Shown: positions 9,881 through 19,267 of the stretch, one piece after another
Numbering within the stretch: position 1 is the stretch's first letter
How the letters are laid out: every line of letters begins with the position of its first letter
Source: Nitrospiraceae bacterium
GTDB lineage: Bacteria; Nitrospirota; Nitrospiria; Nitrospirales; Nitrospiraceae
Reading direction: 5' to 3'
NCBI GenBank assembly: GCA_050246315.1
Contig: JBFWWG010000012.1
Location: 32,001 to 96,000, forward strand
Length of the DNA: 64,000 nucleotides
Translations under genes and position numbers: made by a program
Notes under the pieces: generated by a model
Told to the model about the DNA's origin: nothing
Seen by the model: only the letters and a program-made list of their open reading frames with translations
Databases searched by the model: none

Positions 9881-11244
9881 CACGTCCCTCGTCCGTTCTC
9901 GTGCTTGGCGCCGGCCCGGCCGGATTGGCCGCCGCGTTTCGCCTGAGCCAGCAGGGTCACTCCGTGACCCTGCTCGAAGAGCGTGATCGACTGGGCGGCG
10001 GCCTCGTGGCTTCGGCTGAGGACCAGGGCCTGGTCGACGCGATCCCCCCCGTCATCTTCGGCCACCAGACTGCGACCCTGCAGCTCCTTCAGGATCTCGG
10101 CACGCTCAAACATACCCAACTCCGAACCCCCGGCCAGATCGAGTTTCGAACAAGGGATCGCACGACCAGGCGGATGCGCAATCTCTGGCTGCCGGCGCCG
10201 TTTCACAGCATCCTTGGTCTCGCAGCGTCGCGCGGCCTCACGCTCCGGGATCTCTGGCGAGCGCTCGTCTTTCTGGAACGGACCTGGGAAGAAGACCCCG
10301 GCCTTCCATTGGATCTGGACAGCCGCCGAGCCGATCAATGGTTGACGGAAATCCGGCAGTCGGAGGAAGCCCAGGTCAATGTGTGGGCCCCGCTCTCCCG
10401 TTTCCTGCTGAGCAGCGAATTGTCCTCGGCCTCCGCCGGTCTGCTTGTCGAAATGCTCCGTCGCAGCTTCCTGACCACCCGAGCCAACTCACGTGTCGGC
10501 ATCCCCGACCACGACTGGTCCGGCCTGTTCATGAAGCCGGCCGCGGAGCACTTTAAGAAGCGACAGGTGATCCTGCAAACCGGTGCGCGTTTCGACCAAA
10601 TTCACGTGAAGGGCAGCCGCGTTGCCGGCGTGCGCCTGAAAGACCGCCGGCTGCTGACCGCCGATTGGTACGTCGCCGCCATCCCGCCGCGACGGCTCTC
10701 CGACCTGTTGCCCGAGGGCGTCGTCACGCATTACGCGACTTTTCACCAACTCGGCAAACTCGCCGATGCCGTCGGCCTCACCGTCCATCTCTGGTTGGAG
10801 GCACCGAGCGGGACGCCTCGCCTGGCCCTGTTGGTCGGCCACACCTTCCACTGGCTCGTCATCCGGCGGACATCGGGCTCGAACACCGAGGCGCTGGTCT
10901 CGCTGGTCGCAACCGGACGGGCCGACTTGATGCACCATTCCGACCAGGCGCTGGCGGATTTCGCGTGGACAGACGTGAGGACGGCTCTCCCGGAAGCGAG
11001 CCAGGCGCGCCTGATCAAAGCACAGGTCATCAAGCGTGAGCGAGCCTGCCTGATGGCCAGACCCGGTTCTACCGCCTACCGACCTGTGACGGAATCGCCG
11101 TTTGCGAACTTGCTGCTGGCCGGCGGATGGACCGATACGGGCCTGCCGGATTCGGTGGAAGGGGCGATTCTCAGCGCCGACCGTTGCGCCCAGACCTTGA
11201 GCGCGAAGTGCAGCGCCGGTGAACGGAACCAACGCACGGCCTGA
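9877..11244 (+). CDS. hpnE: Hydroxysqualene dehydroxylase-like FAD oxidoreductase
   Basis: GAGPAG FAD loop, C-terminal LAG.WTDTGLP.SVEGA..S; ATGA-coupled to hpnD. Confidence 0.8.
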   Translation: MTRPSSVLVLGAGPAGLAAAFRLSQQGHSVTLLEERDRLGGGLVASAEDQGLVDAIPPVIFGHQTATLQLLQDLGTLKHTQLRTPGQIEFRTRDRTTRRMRNLWLPAPFHSILGLAASRGLTLRDLWRALVFLERTWEEDPGLPLDLDSRRADQWLTEIRQSEEAQVNVWAPLSRFLLSSELSSASAGLLVEMLRRSFLTTRANSRVGIPDHDWSGLFMKPAAEHFKKRQVILQTGARFDQIHVKGSRVAGVRLKDRRLLTADWYVAAIPPRRLSDLLPEGVVTHYATFHQLGKLADAVGLTVHLWLEAPSGTPRLALLVGHTFHWLVIRRTSGSNTEALVSLVATGRADLMHHSDQALADFAWTDVRTALPEASQARLIKAQVIKRERACLMARPGSTAYRPVTESPFANLLLAGGWTDTGLPDSVEGAILSADRCAQTLSAKCSAGERNQRTA

Positions 11245-11260
11245 ATCGAAGGGACGGATC

Positions 11261-12418
11261 ATGGCACGAGCATGGAGTCAGCGCATTGCGGGCTTGGGAC
11301 AATCGGACATCCGGACCATGACGCAGGCCTGCGCGCAGATCAAGGGCATCAACATGGCGCAGGGCGTCTGCGACACAGGCGTGCCTCCGGCGGTATCTCA
11401 GGCCGTCCAACATGCGGTCGATCTCGGCTATAACATCTATACCAGGTTCGATGGGTTGCCTCAGTTGCGTCAGGCTCTGGCCCGCAAGACGGCTCAGTAC
11501 AACGGCTTCACTCCGGACCCCGAGACGGAGATCACGGTCTCGGCGGGCGCAACCGGTGCGTTCCATTGCGCCTGCATGGCCCTGTTCGATCCCGGTGACG
11601 AAGTCATCGTGTTCGAACCCTACTATGCCTATCACCTACATGCCCTGGCATCGGTCGATGCGGTCCCGCGCATCGTCCCCACGGTTCCGCCAGACTGGGC
11701 CTTCGACCTCCGATCGCTGGAGCAGACGGTCACCGCTCGCACCAAGGCCATCGTGGTCAATACGCCGTCAAATCCCTCGGGCAAGGTCTTCAGCCGGGCC
11801 GAGCTGGAACAGATCGCTCGGATTGCCGTGGAACGAGACCTCTTCGTCATCACCGACGAGATCTATGAGTACTTCCTGTACGACGGCCGGTCCCATGTGA
11901 GCCTGGCCTCCCTACCGGGCATGGCCGAACGGACGGTCACCATCTCAGGCTATTCGAAAACCTTTGCAATCACGGGCTGGCGAATCGGCCATACCATCGC
12001 CGCGCCGAGTTGGGCCCAAGCCATCGGGGCGATGAACGATCTGCTCTACGTCTGCGCGCCGGCGCCGCTGCAACATGCAGTAGCCACGGGCATCAACGAG
12101 CTGCCGGCGGAGTTCTATGCTGCGCTCGCGACCGACTATCAGGCCAAACGCGATCGGTTCTGCGACGCCTTGAAACGGGCCGGTCTGACCCCGTCGGTCC
12201 CGCAGGGAGCCTATTACGTGTTGGCGGATGTCTCGCGACTACCGGGCAAGACGGGAAAGGAGCGGGCCATGTATGTCTTGGAGCGATGCGGCGTGGCCGG
12301 CGTGCCGGGTGAAGCCTTCTTTCAAGGCAAGACCGGCCACCGGTTTATCCGGTTCTGCTACGCCAAGACCGAGAACGACCTCGCCGAGGCCTGCGATCGG
12401 TTGGCCCGCCTTGGCTGA
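11261..12418 (+). CDS. PLP-dependent aminotransferase class I/II
   Basis: NTPSNPSG, TDEIY, SKTFAITGWRIG motifs. Confidence 0.92.
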   Translation: MARAWSQRIAGLGQSDIRTMTQACAQIKGINMAQGVCDTGVPPAVSQAVQHAVDLGYNIYTRFDGLPQLRQALARKTAQYNGFTPDPETEITVSAGATGAFHCACMALFDPGDEVIVFEPYYAYHLHALASVDAVPRIVPTVPPDWAFDLRSLEQTVTARTKAIVVNTPSNPSGKVFSRAELEQIARIAVERDLFVITDEIYEYFLYDGRSHVSLASLPGMAERTVTISGYSKTFAITGWRIGHTIAAPSWAQAIGAMNDLLYVCAPAPLQHAVATGINELPAEFYAALATDYQAKRDRFCDALKRAGLTPSVPQGAYYVLADVSRLPGKTGKERAMYVLERCGVAGVPGEAFFQGKTGHRFIRFCYAKTENDLAEACDRLARLG

Positions 12419-12680
12419 GCGACCCGGCCGGCATTTGGACGATTCTGCACGAATGCCGTGTGATTCTCTCAACAGACTGTTTCGTTTGCGGGACGCCGGT
12501 CCGATCACCCTGCAACATCGTCTCCCCGCGCTCACGCCTCTCGCCGTCCCATCATGCTCTCGTTTTATTTCGCGAATCTGATGACTCGGTCCCAGCCTCC
12601 ATCGAACGACCCTCTTGGAGAGACCGAGCGGCACAGGCCTTGCTGGATCATGAACCGCCCTTCAAGAAGGGAGGCCGCCC

Positions 12681-12845
12681 ATGATGTGGACGTGGTGGTA
12701 TGTGCTGCTGCTCCTCTTCCCCTCTGCGATTCTCGTGATTCTGATGATGGACGCGATGAAGTCCCTACAGGGCGCTGCGCGTTCGAAGACCGGGACGGTA
12801 TCAGGCAAGAATCGGATCGACGCGGACGGCTCCCGCCGCGGCTAG
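12681..12845 (+). CDS. Small (54 aa) single-pass membrane protein, absent from the ORF track
   Basis: AAGGGAGG RBS; MMWTWWYVLLLLFPSAILVILMMDAMKSLQG...RRG*. Confidence 0.55.
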   Translation: MMWTWWYVLLLLFPSAILVILMMDAMKSLQGAARSKTGTVSGKNRIDADGSRRG

Positions 12846-13486
12846 CGGTTTGAGGACTGCCTCCTTCGCAGATAGCATAGGTCTCGAAACGCATCACCGG
12901 CTTGATAAGTTGCGATCACCACATCATCATAGGGCGGCGAAGTGAGGCCTACGTACGTCCGCCCATCCACCTCGAACGGCTCGATCGTAAACAGCGTGTG
13001 CAAGGCCGCAGAGGCGCCGCCGCCTGCTCCCTCCGACAACGGATAGACGCCGCCCGTCCGCTCGAACTTGTCCGGGGTGGCGTGAAGAGGCGTCAGGTCC
13101 TGCCAGGTCGCCTCTTGCAACACCGGACTGTCTTCAGGAAACACGTACAGACTGTCGCTCGGTTTCCCCTTCATGCAGAAACGAGCGCGGATGACCAGGT
13201 CCCGACGCCCGTCGTTGTTCAGATCGACCAGCGCCTGCTGCAATTCGGAACAGACGGTGGTCTTGGGCGCCTCCCCTCCCAATTGAACCGGCTCCCAGAT
13301 CACGGGATGAATCCGATCGTCCTCCGGCCTGAAGACCCTCGATGGAGAGGCCCCCACCTCAAGCGCCTCCGCCGCCTGCCGGCACAATTGCTCGTCTCCT
13401 CCCATCAGCACATCGTACCCGGCGGCCCAAGCCACGCCGGCGGATAAGAGAATCAAGAGGCCGATCAGTCGGATTCGATCCATCAT
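12842..13486 (-). CDS. Secreted hypothetical protein
   Basis: Signal peptide (..AGVAWA), DLNNDG Ca-binding-like motif, paired Cys. Confidence 0.7.
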   Translation of the reverse strand: MMDRIRLIGLLILLSAGVAWAAGYDVLMGGDEQLCRQAAEALEVGASPSRVFRPEDDRIHPVIWEPVQLGGEAPKTTVCSELQQALVDLNNDGRRDLVIRARFCMKGKPSDSLYVFPEDSPVLQEATWQDLTPLHATPDKFERTGGVYPLSEGAGGGASAALHTLFTIEPFEVDGRTYVGLTSPPYDDVVIATYQAGDAFRDLCYLRRRQSSNR

Positions 13487-13501
13487 GCGCTCACGCCGGC
13501 G

Positions 13502-13972
13502 TCACTCTTGGTTCAGATAGAGCGGACGCGGTCTCCTCTCCTGCTCGGGTCGCGAAGGACCGGCCGGCTCACGAAGGGTCTCGATGACCTGTTCTTCCAT
13601 CTGTTCGTTATAGCGATCCACCTGTTTGTGAAGCGTGACGAGATCCACGAACCACCAGCCGATCAGCATCAGCCCGCCGCAGATCGCCGCGCCGCGGAAC
13701 ACCAGACTCCAACTCTCGTCCATCACCCAGGACCACAGAAATCCCACGAAGAACCCGACCGTTCCCACCGTGAAAGCCAGGAGATAGCCGACCGCCTTCC
13801 GGGGCCGTTCCAAGTAAAAGTGGTGCACCCCGCACCAACCGAGCACCAACCACAGGGCATAGGCCGTCAGGGCGGACTTGTGAAGCCGCACCATCTCACT
13901 GTTCAGCACCTCAAGTTGATGGGCCGATAGCGTGGTCTTCAGTTCCACCAGGTGGGATCGGTAGCGCATCAT
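13502..13972 (-). CDS. TM2-domain membrane protein
   Basis: KSAL.AY.LWL.LG..G.H.FYL motif. Confidence 0.8.
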   Translation of the reverse strand: MMRYRSHLVELKTTLSAHQLEVLNSEMVRLHKSALTAYALWLVLGWCGVHHFYLERPRKAVGYLLAFTVGTVGFFVGFLWSWVMDESWSLVFRGAAICGGLMLIGWWFVDLVTLHKQVDRYNEQMEEQVIETLREPAGPSRPEQERRPRPLYLNQE

Positions 13973-14106
13973 TGCACGATCTTGTCAGGCCGGCTTCTCG
14001 AACGACACAAGCCCAGCTCCTGATCAGTCTACACCGACTCGCCTCCGTTGGGCACGCGAACCACCTTCCAATGTTTGATATGATGAATTCGGCAGGCGGG
14101 AGTTCC

Positions 14107-14835
14107 ATGGGCGTATCTTCAGCCAGGGCGGCCGAGCCCCCTTGTCAGACGCCTCAGCGGCGCAGGGCGGCGCTGGAGTTGCTGGTCGTAGGTGCCCTGA
14201 CGAGCGGCTTCCTCGCGCTGTTTCCACGCCGACCCATTGTCGTCGATCTCGGCCTCGCCCTCCTCGCAGCAGGTCTTGTGCTCCTCAACGCCAGCTCCAT
14301 CAAGGCTCAGTTTTGGGGACCGCGCCCGGTGGCCATCGGTGGCGCAGCCCGGCAGCACGGCGTGGTGATCACCCTGGCCCTGACAATCCTTGTGATTCTC
14401 GGATTGGTATTCGTCGGAGCCGTGATCGGCTATCGAGGCGCCGATTGGCCCGGCGTGAGGGCCCGGCTCCTCCATCCCTACATCCCCACCGCCATCCTGT
14501 TGTACCTGCCCTGGGCCTGGCTCCAGCAGACGCTCTTCCAGTTCTACCTCCTCGGCCGCGTGCGCATGCTCTGCCCATCGCTCCATCCGGTCGCGCTATC
14601 CGCGGTGAACGGGCTGCTCTTCGGTCTGGTTCACGCCACCGACATCGAAATCATGCTCTCGGCGGCGCTGGGAGGCACCCTTTGGAGCTGGTTGTACCTT
14701 CGCGACCGCCGGCTCTGGCCGCTGGCGCTCTCACATGCCCTCGTGGGCACCACGTTTTACTACTGGGTGTATGGCTACGATCTCGCGAGCCGCTGGAGCG
14801 CCTTCCTTCGCGGCTTGTGGAGCGCTCCCGTATGA
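14107..14835 (+). CDS. CPBP/Abi (CAAX protease-like) membrane protein; catalytic EE replaced by QQ
   Basis: Multiple TM helices, LQQ..FQFYL.GR, LFGLVH, LALSHA motifs. Confidence 0.7.
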   Translation: MGVSSARAAEPPCQTPQRRRAALELLVVGALTSGFLALFPRRPIVVDLGLALLAAGLVLLNASSIKAQFWGPRPVAIGGAARQHGVVITLALTILVILGLVFVGAVIGYRGADWPGVRARLLHPYIPTAILLYLPWAWLQQTLFQFYLLGRVRMLCPSLHPVALSAVNGLLFGLVHATDIEIMLSAALGGTLWSWLYLRDRRLWPLALSHALVGTTFYYWVYGYDLASRWSAFLRGLWSAPV

Positions 14836-14978
14836 TTCCAGACCACGGCTCCGACCATGGCCCGTTGCAACCGCAACGCAGCGGGGGAGATGCTACGACC
14901 CGCCACGAATCCTACGCACGAGCCGGCGAACCGGCGAGCATTCTTGTGTGGTGTGCCGCTGGGCTGAGCTCTCGGGAT

Positions 14979-15117
14979 CTAGCAGGATGCGGCCAACCCC
15001 TCCGTTCGTCCTTCGAGAGCCTCAGGACGAACGGAGCAGTTTTTGAAGAGACCGGCGTTTTTCGATCGTGCTGAGCCAGTCGAAGCACACACATCGCGTT
15101 TTTTCGCAGCCTGCTAG
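14979..15117. mobile_element. Short MITE-like element with CTAG ends and an internal REP-like hairpin
   Basis: Terminal inverted repeats CTAGCAGGATGCG...CGCAGCCTGCTAG; internal CCGTTCGTCCT...AGGACGAACGG hairpin. Confidence 0.7.
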
Positions 15118-15118
15118 T

Positions 15119-15919
15119 TCATGCGGACTGCGCAGACCGGCAATGTCGGGCGAGAGCATGCGAAGCTGCCTCGATGAGGGGCCGAGACAGAACGGAAGGC
15201 TCGTGTTGGAGAAAATGGGAGACGGCTTTCGGATTGAGGACCCAGACATCGTCCTTACTGTGATGCCCTGTCCGTTCGACATACCATTCAGGGAACACCA
15301 CAATCGGTCGGACATGAAACACCGCGCTCCGCCCGTCATTGAGAAAGTCGGACAGCCAGCTTGCCTGTGCGTGCGCCTGCCGTAACGGTTTCTCGAGGAC
15401 TTGATTCTGTCCGATCCGAATGGTCTGACCATCGTAGACGATTTTCGCGCAGCCCCCGATCGGCTTGGTTCTCGTTTTCGTCTCGATTGCGAAAATGCCG
15501 GCAGGCCCGACAATCACATGATCGATATTGAACCCCGGACCAGGAACGTCGTGGAACACTCGATAGCCTCCTTCCCGCAACTGTTCGAGGGTCTGCCCCA
15601 CTGAACGTTCCCCATCTCGACCTGTACGAAGATTCTTCATGGTCGTCCTCAAAGGCACGATCCTTCTCCAGGCATAGCCGATGGCGATGATCGCGATGAT
15701 CGTCAGCACGACAGGGTTGAGTGGTCGCCCCGTCCACTGTTGAATCCACCCGAAACATGCCGCGACAATGCAACACATTGCCATGATCAAATGCTCGACT
15801 ATTTTCTCCTGCAAGAATCCGATGCGCTCATCGATGGATTGGCCGGGGAGTCGAAGGGGCGTCTCCTTGAGTGGTGAACGCCGGGCTGATTGTTTGTGAT
15901 CCCAGTCGATATCAGACAT
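15119..15919 (-). CDS. Membrane-anchored NERD-domain nuclease-like protein
   Basis: Two TM helices, then G.DGE..V...L, FHD, NIDHVIVGP.GIFAIETK NERD motif. Confidence 0.85.
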   Translation of the reverse strand: MSDIDWDHKQSARRSPLKETPLRLPGQSIDERIGFLQEKIVEHLIMAMCCIVAACFGWIQQWTGRPLNPVVLTIIAIIAIGYAWRRIVPLRTTMKNLRTGRDGERSVGQTLEQLREGGYRVFHDVPGPGFNIDHVIVGPAGIFAIETKTRTKPIGGCAKIVYDGQTIRIGQNQVLEKPLRQAHAQASWLSDFLNDGRSAVFHVRPIVVFPEWYVERTGHHSKDDVWVLNPKAVSHFLQHEPSVLSRPLIEAASHALARHCRSAQSA

Positions 15920-16254
15920 AGCGGCTCCGTCCTAGTCGCTCCTAAAACCGGATCATCCTATATCCGAGTGAACGCTCGTCATAGGAATTGGTGAATTCCA
16001 GGCAGAGCGGGGTGAAAGACCGGATTAGGCAGCAAGCGCTTGACAGGGACGAGTCCTACCGGAAATCCTCCGTCGTGCGTGACAGCATCAGGCGCTTTCC
16101 TTTCCATACTTTCCTTGTCGGCGGGAGCGACGGAACCATTCCGTTGTCAAAGCACGGCATGGTGTTGTCTGCGCGGGCGTGCGGCTTGCCTCTTCACACC
16201 TAATCGGTTACAGTGTTATTTGATATCACGATTTGATAGCATGTGGAGGGATCG

Positions 16255-16491
16255 ATGAGCACCATTACCGTGACGTTGCCTGATGACCTGCTCGAACGCT
16301 CTACTCGTTATGCCCATTCGCTGCGAGTGTCGAGAGCGGCGTACATCCGGCAATCATTGGAGCGCATGAACCGGGAAACCGAACGGCGTTTGCGAGCCGA
16401 TCGCCTCATCCACGCCTCGCGCAAGGTTCGCGACGAAAGCATGCGCGTCAATGCGGAGTTCGATACCATCGAAACCGATCCACATGCGTAA
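16255..16491 (+). CDS. Ribbon-helix-helix antitoxin
   Basis: MSTITVTLPDDLL..SRAAYIRQSL; overlaps the MazF start; direct repeats TTTGATA upstream (about 16219-16240) may be the operator. Confidence 0.8.
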   Translation: MSTITVTLPDDLLERSTRYAHSLRVSRAAYIRQSLERMNRETERRLRADRLIHASRKVRDESMRVNAEFDTIETDPHA

Positions 16492-16828
16492 GCGCGGCGA
16501 GATTTGGCTCGCCGACCTGAATTCCCGGCGTGGGACGGAGCCCGGCAAGACCAGGCCCGTGCTCATCGTCCAAGCTCAAGCGTTGCTCGACGCCGGACAC
16601 CCCTCCACACTGATCATTCCTCTCACCACCCAGCTCGTCGACGACGCAGAGCCTCTTCGGCTTCGCGTTCAGGCACAAGGCAAACTGCGTAAAGACTCCG
16701 ATCTGCTCGTGGACCAACTCCGTGCGATCGACAACCACCGACTGATCGAAGGCCCCCTGACTCGTCTCACCACCGCACAACTCCGCCCCATCGCCCGCGC
16801 CATAGAGGATGTTTTGGAGCTGCGCTGA
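16484..16828 (+). CDS. mazF: MazF/PemK family endoribonuclease toxin
   Basis: RGEIWLADL, GTEPGKTRPVLIVQ, IIPLTT, DQLRAID motifs. Confidence 0.9.
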   Translation: MRKRGEIWLADLNSRRGTEPGKTRPVLIVQAQALLDAGHPSTLIIPLTTQLVDDAEPLRLRVQAQGKLRKDSDLLVDQLRAIDNHRLIEGPLTRLTTAQLRPIARAIEDVLELR

Positions 16829-17103
16829 GCAGAGTCTCACCTCGTCTCATTCCATCACGCCGTCGTCGACCGCATCGAGGACCTGCCCCGCCTCGTGATC
16901 AACGCTGGCACACTCAACCGGATTCCGCACGGCGCCGAGATTTCCGCTGAACAATTCATCGACCTGCGCTGAAAGACTTGCTCCCTATTTCCCGAGCACG
17001 TCCGCATGAACAAACCAGTGCTCTTCCCCGATCCCTCGCGCCCCCTGTCTCCCTGTTTCACCGTCCGGCGCCGCTGCACAGCGGGCTACGCAGTTGCGCG
17101 CGT

Positions 17104-18752
17104 CCTTCAATGTAGATGGGGCATTGCTGCCGTGGAATCGCCGGCCCGGTCTGCCACCAGTTCGAGGCGGAGGAGCCGCTTCAATGGGGCCACGGCATTG
17201 CTGCCGTGGAATCTCGAACGCCTTGCACAGGGCGTGTTACCGCTCTAGGCGCTTCAATGGGGCCACGGCATTGCTGCCGTGGAATCCCTTTTTTCGTTTT
17301 CCCCAGCCAAGGCATGCGAAGATCTTGGCTTCAATGGGGCCACGGCATTGCTGCCGTGGAATCCTCAACGGCGGGACCGCCGGTGACGGTAAAAAGCTGC
17401 TGGCTTCAATGGGGCCACGGCATTGCTGCCGTGGAATCCCAACTTGGCAACTGCTGGCGTCGCGAGTGTGCTCACGCGCTTCAATGGGGCCACGGCATTG
17501 CTGCCGTGGAATCGGCCCGCCGCGATGGGAAGTGACGAACGGTTATTGCTGCTTCAATGGGGCCACGGCATTGCTGCCGTGGAATCCACGGCCTGGTCGA
17601 TGATGGGCGCGAGCGGCCTACTGGCTTCAATGGGGCCACGGCATTGCTGCCGTGGAATCTTCGGACCGTGAGTCCCTGAAGTCGTTGATTGACCTGCTTC
17701 AATGGGGCCACGGCATTGCTGCCGTGGAATCCGTGCTGGATACCCCTGACCTCGCCCGACTCGTCACCGCTTCAATGGGGCCACGGCATTGCTGCCGTGG
17801 AATCTGGCGGCGACGACCGAAGCGCCACCTCCGCGCATTCGGTAGCTTCAATGGGGCCACGGCATTGCTGCCGTGGAATCAGTATCAATGTGGAACTACC
17901 CGAAACATAAGCTCTCCGCTTCAATGGGGCCACGGCATTGCTGCCGTGGAATCGCGCAACGAATTGGCCGAAGAGATCGAGGAGCTAGAGCTTCAATGGG
18001 GCCACGGCATTGCTGCCGTGGAATCCGCGCAACGTCACCGCATCGTTCTTGCGGATATACGCGCTTCAATGGGGCCACGGCATTGCTGCCGTGGAATCCG
18101 AAGATATGGGCCAGTCAATTAAAGCAATGCGTTGGCTTCAATGGGGCCACGGCATTGCTGCCGTGGAATCCCGCACATTGACGGCGCGTGCGGGATGTCG
18201 AGTGTCGCTTCAATGGGGCCACGGCATTGCTGCCGTGGAATCGTTTTTGTCCATGCCATACGACACTCCTTCTCAACAGCTTCAATGGGGCCACGGCATT
18301 GCTGCCGTGGAATCTGGTTTCATGTGAACCATTCATCGACGCCTACGTAATATGCTTCAATGGGGCCACGGCATTGCTGCCGTGGAATCTCCGGTCAAGG
18401 TGATCGGCGCCCCCGTACTCCCGGCGCTTCAATGGGGCCACGGCATTGCTGCCGTGGAATCCGGATTCCGCGGCGCTGCTGTGGGTCGTGGTCTCTTCGC
18501 TTCAATGGGGCCACGGCATTGCTGCCGTGGAATCCTTGGCCGATGCGATGGAGATCCGCGGCGCCGAATCGGCTTCAATGGGGCCACGGCATTGCTGCCG
18601 TGGAATCAAACCCTTTCTCAAAGTCTTTGCCTAAGACTTTGCCGCTTCAATGGGGCCACGGCATTGCTGCCGTGGAATCACCCGCTCTTCACCGATGCGA
18701 CGGATTGGTATCTGTTGCTTCAATGGGGCCACGGCATTGCTGCCGTGGAATC
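17104..18752 (-). CRISPR. Type I-G CRISPR array: 23 repeats of 36 nt (22 identical plus 1 degenerate) and 22 spacers of 36-41 nt
   Basis: + strand repeat GCTTCAATGGGGCCACGGCATTGCTGCCGTGGAATC; the - strand ends ATTGAAGC with a CCACGGCA/TGCCGTGG hairpin; degenerate trailer repeat at 17104-17139. Confidence 0.98.
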
Positions 18753-18971
18753 AGCTCACATACAAGTGAGCGGTCAGCCTGAGCTTCTGCCGCACATCGC
18801 GAGCGCTTGCCTCCTCTCGCCAACACCACCCTGTCATTGTGGTCCTTCACCTCCTTCCGTAGCCCGTTGTTGTTCGTTAAAGCCTGGTATGGCTCGTTGT
18901 TGTCCACGAGCGCTTCCCGGCCTCCGAGCCACCATTCGACCGCTCGCGTGGGATGCGGCTGCGATGCCCCC
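18753..18971 (-). promoter_or_regulatory. CRISPR leader
   Basis: Non-coding interval between the cas2 stop and the first repeat, at the opposite end from the degenerate repeat. Confidence 0.7.
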
Positions 18972-19262
18972 TCACACCACACGCGCCCGTCGTTCCTCCA
19001 CCTCCACCCGAAGGCCGAGTGCTTCGAACCGCTTAATCGGCCGGCTCTCCGTCGGACCCAGATCGATGATCAGGACTTGATCCTCGGTCTGGTGGATGAT
19101 CTCCGTCAGCGCGGCCTTCATGCGGACCACATCGATGTCGGGAAGATCGCATTGAAAGACCGAAAGCTGCAAATGGACGCCATAGCCCTTCATGGTCTTG
19201 AACACGCGCCGGAGTCGCTTCGGATCGGCAATATCATACGTGACCAGATAGCACCGGCGCAT
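18972..19262 (-). CDS. cas2: CRISPR-associated endoribonuclease Cas2
   Basis: [21 protein letters not shown]...[11 protein letters not shown]; true start at 19262 (the ORF track over-extends it). Confidence 0.95.
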   Translation of the reverse strand: MRRCYLVTYDIADPKRLRRVFKTMKGYGVHLQLSVFQCDLPDIDVVRMKAALTEIIHQTEDQVLIIDLGPTESRPIKRFEALGLRVEVEERRARVV

Positions 19263-19267
19263 GGCAG

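Noticed and set aside
2117..9883. Long antisense ORFs (2117-3655 +, 8066-9883 -)
   Set aside because: Shadow frames of well-supported genes on the opposite strand in GC-rich DNA
16850..16972. Frame HHAVVDRIEDLPRLVINAGTLNRIPHGAEISAEQFIDLR* after mazF, possibly a gene 3' relic
   Set aside because: Looks protein-like, but I cannot assign a family or a start
17006..19080. Many ORFs with repeated LQWGHGIAAVES / ASMGPRHCCRGI / FNGATALLPWN peptides
   Set aside because: They are translations of the CRISPR repeat, not proteins
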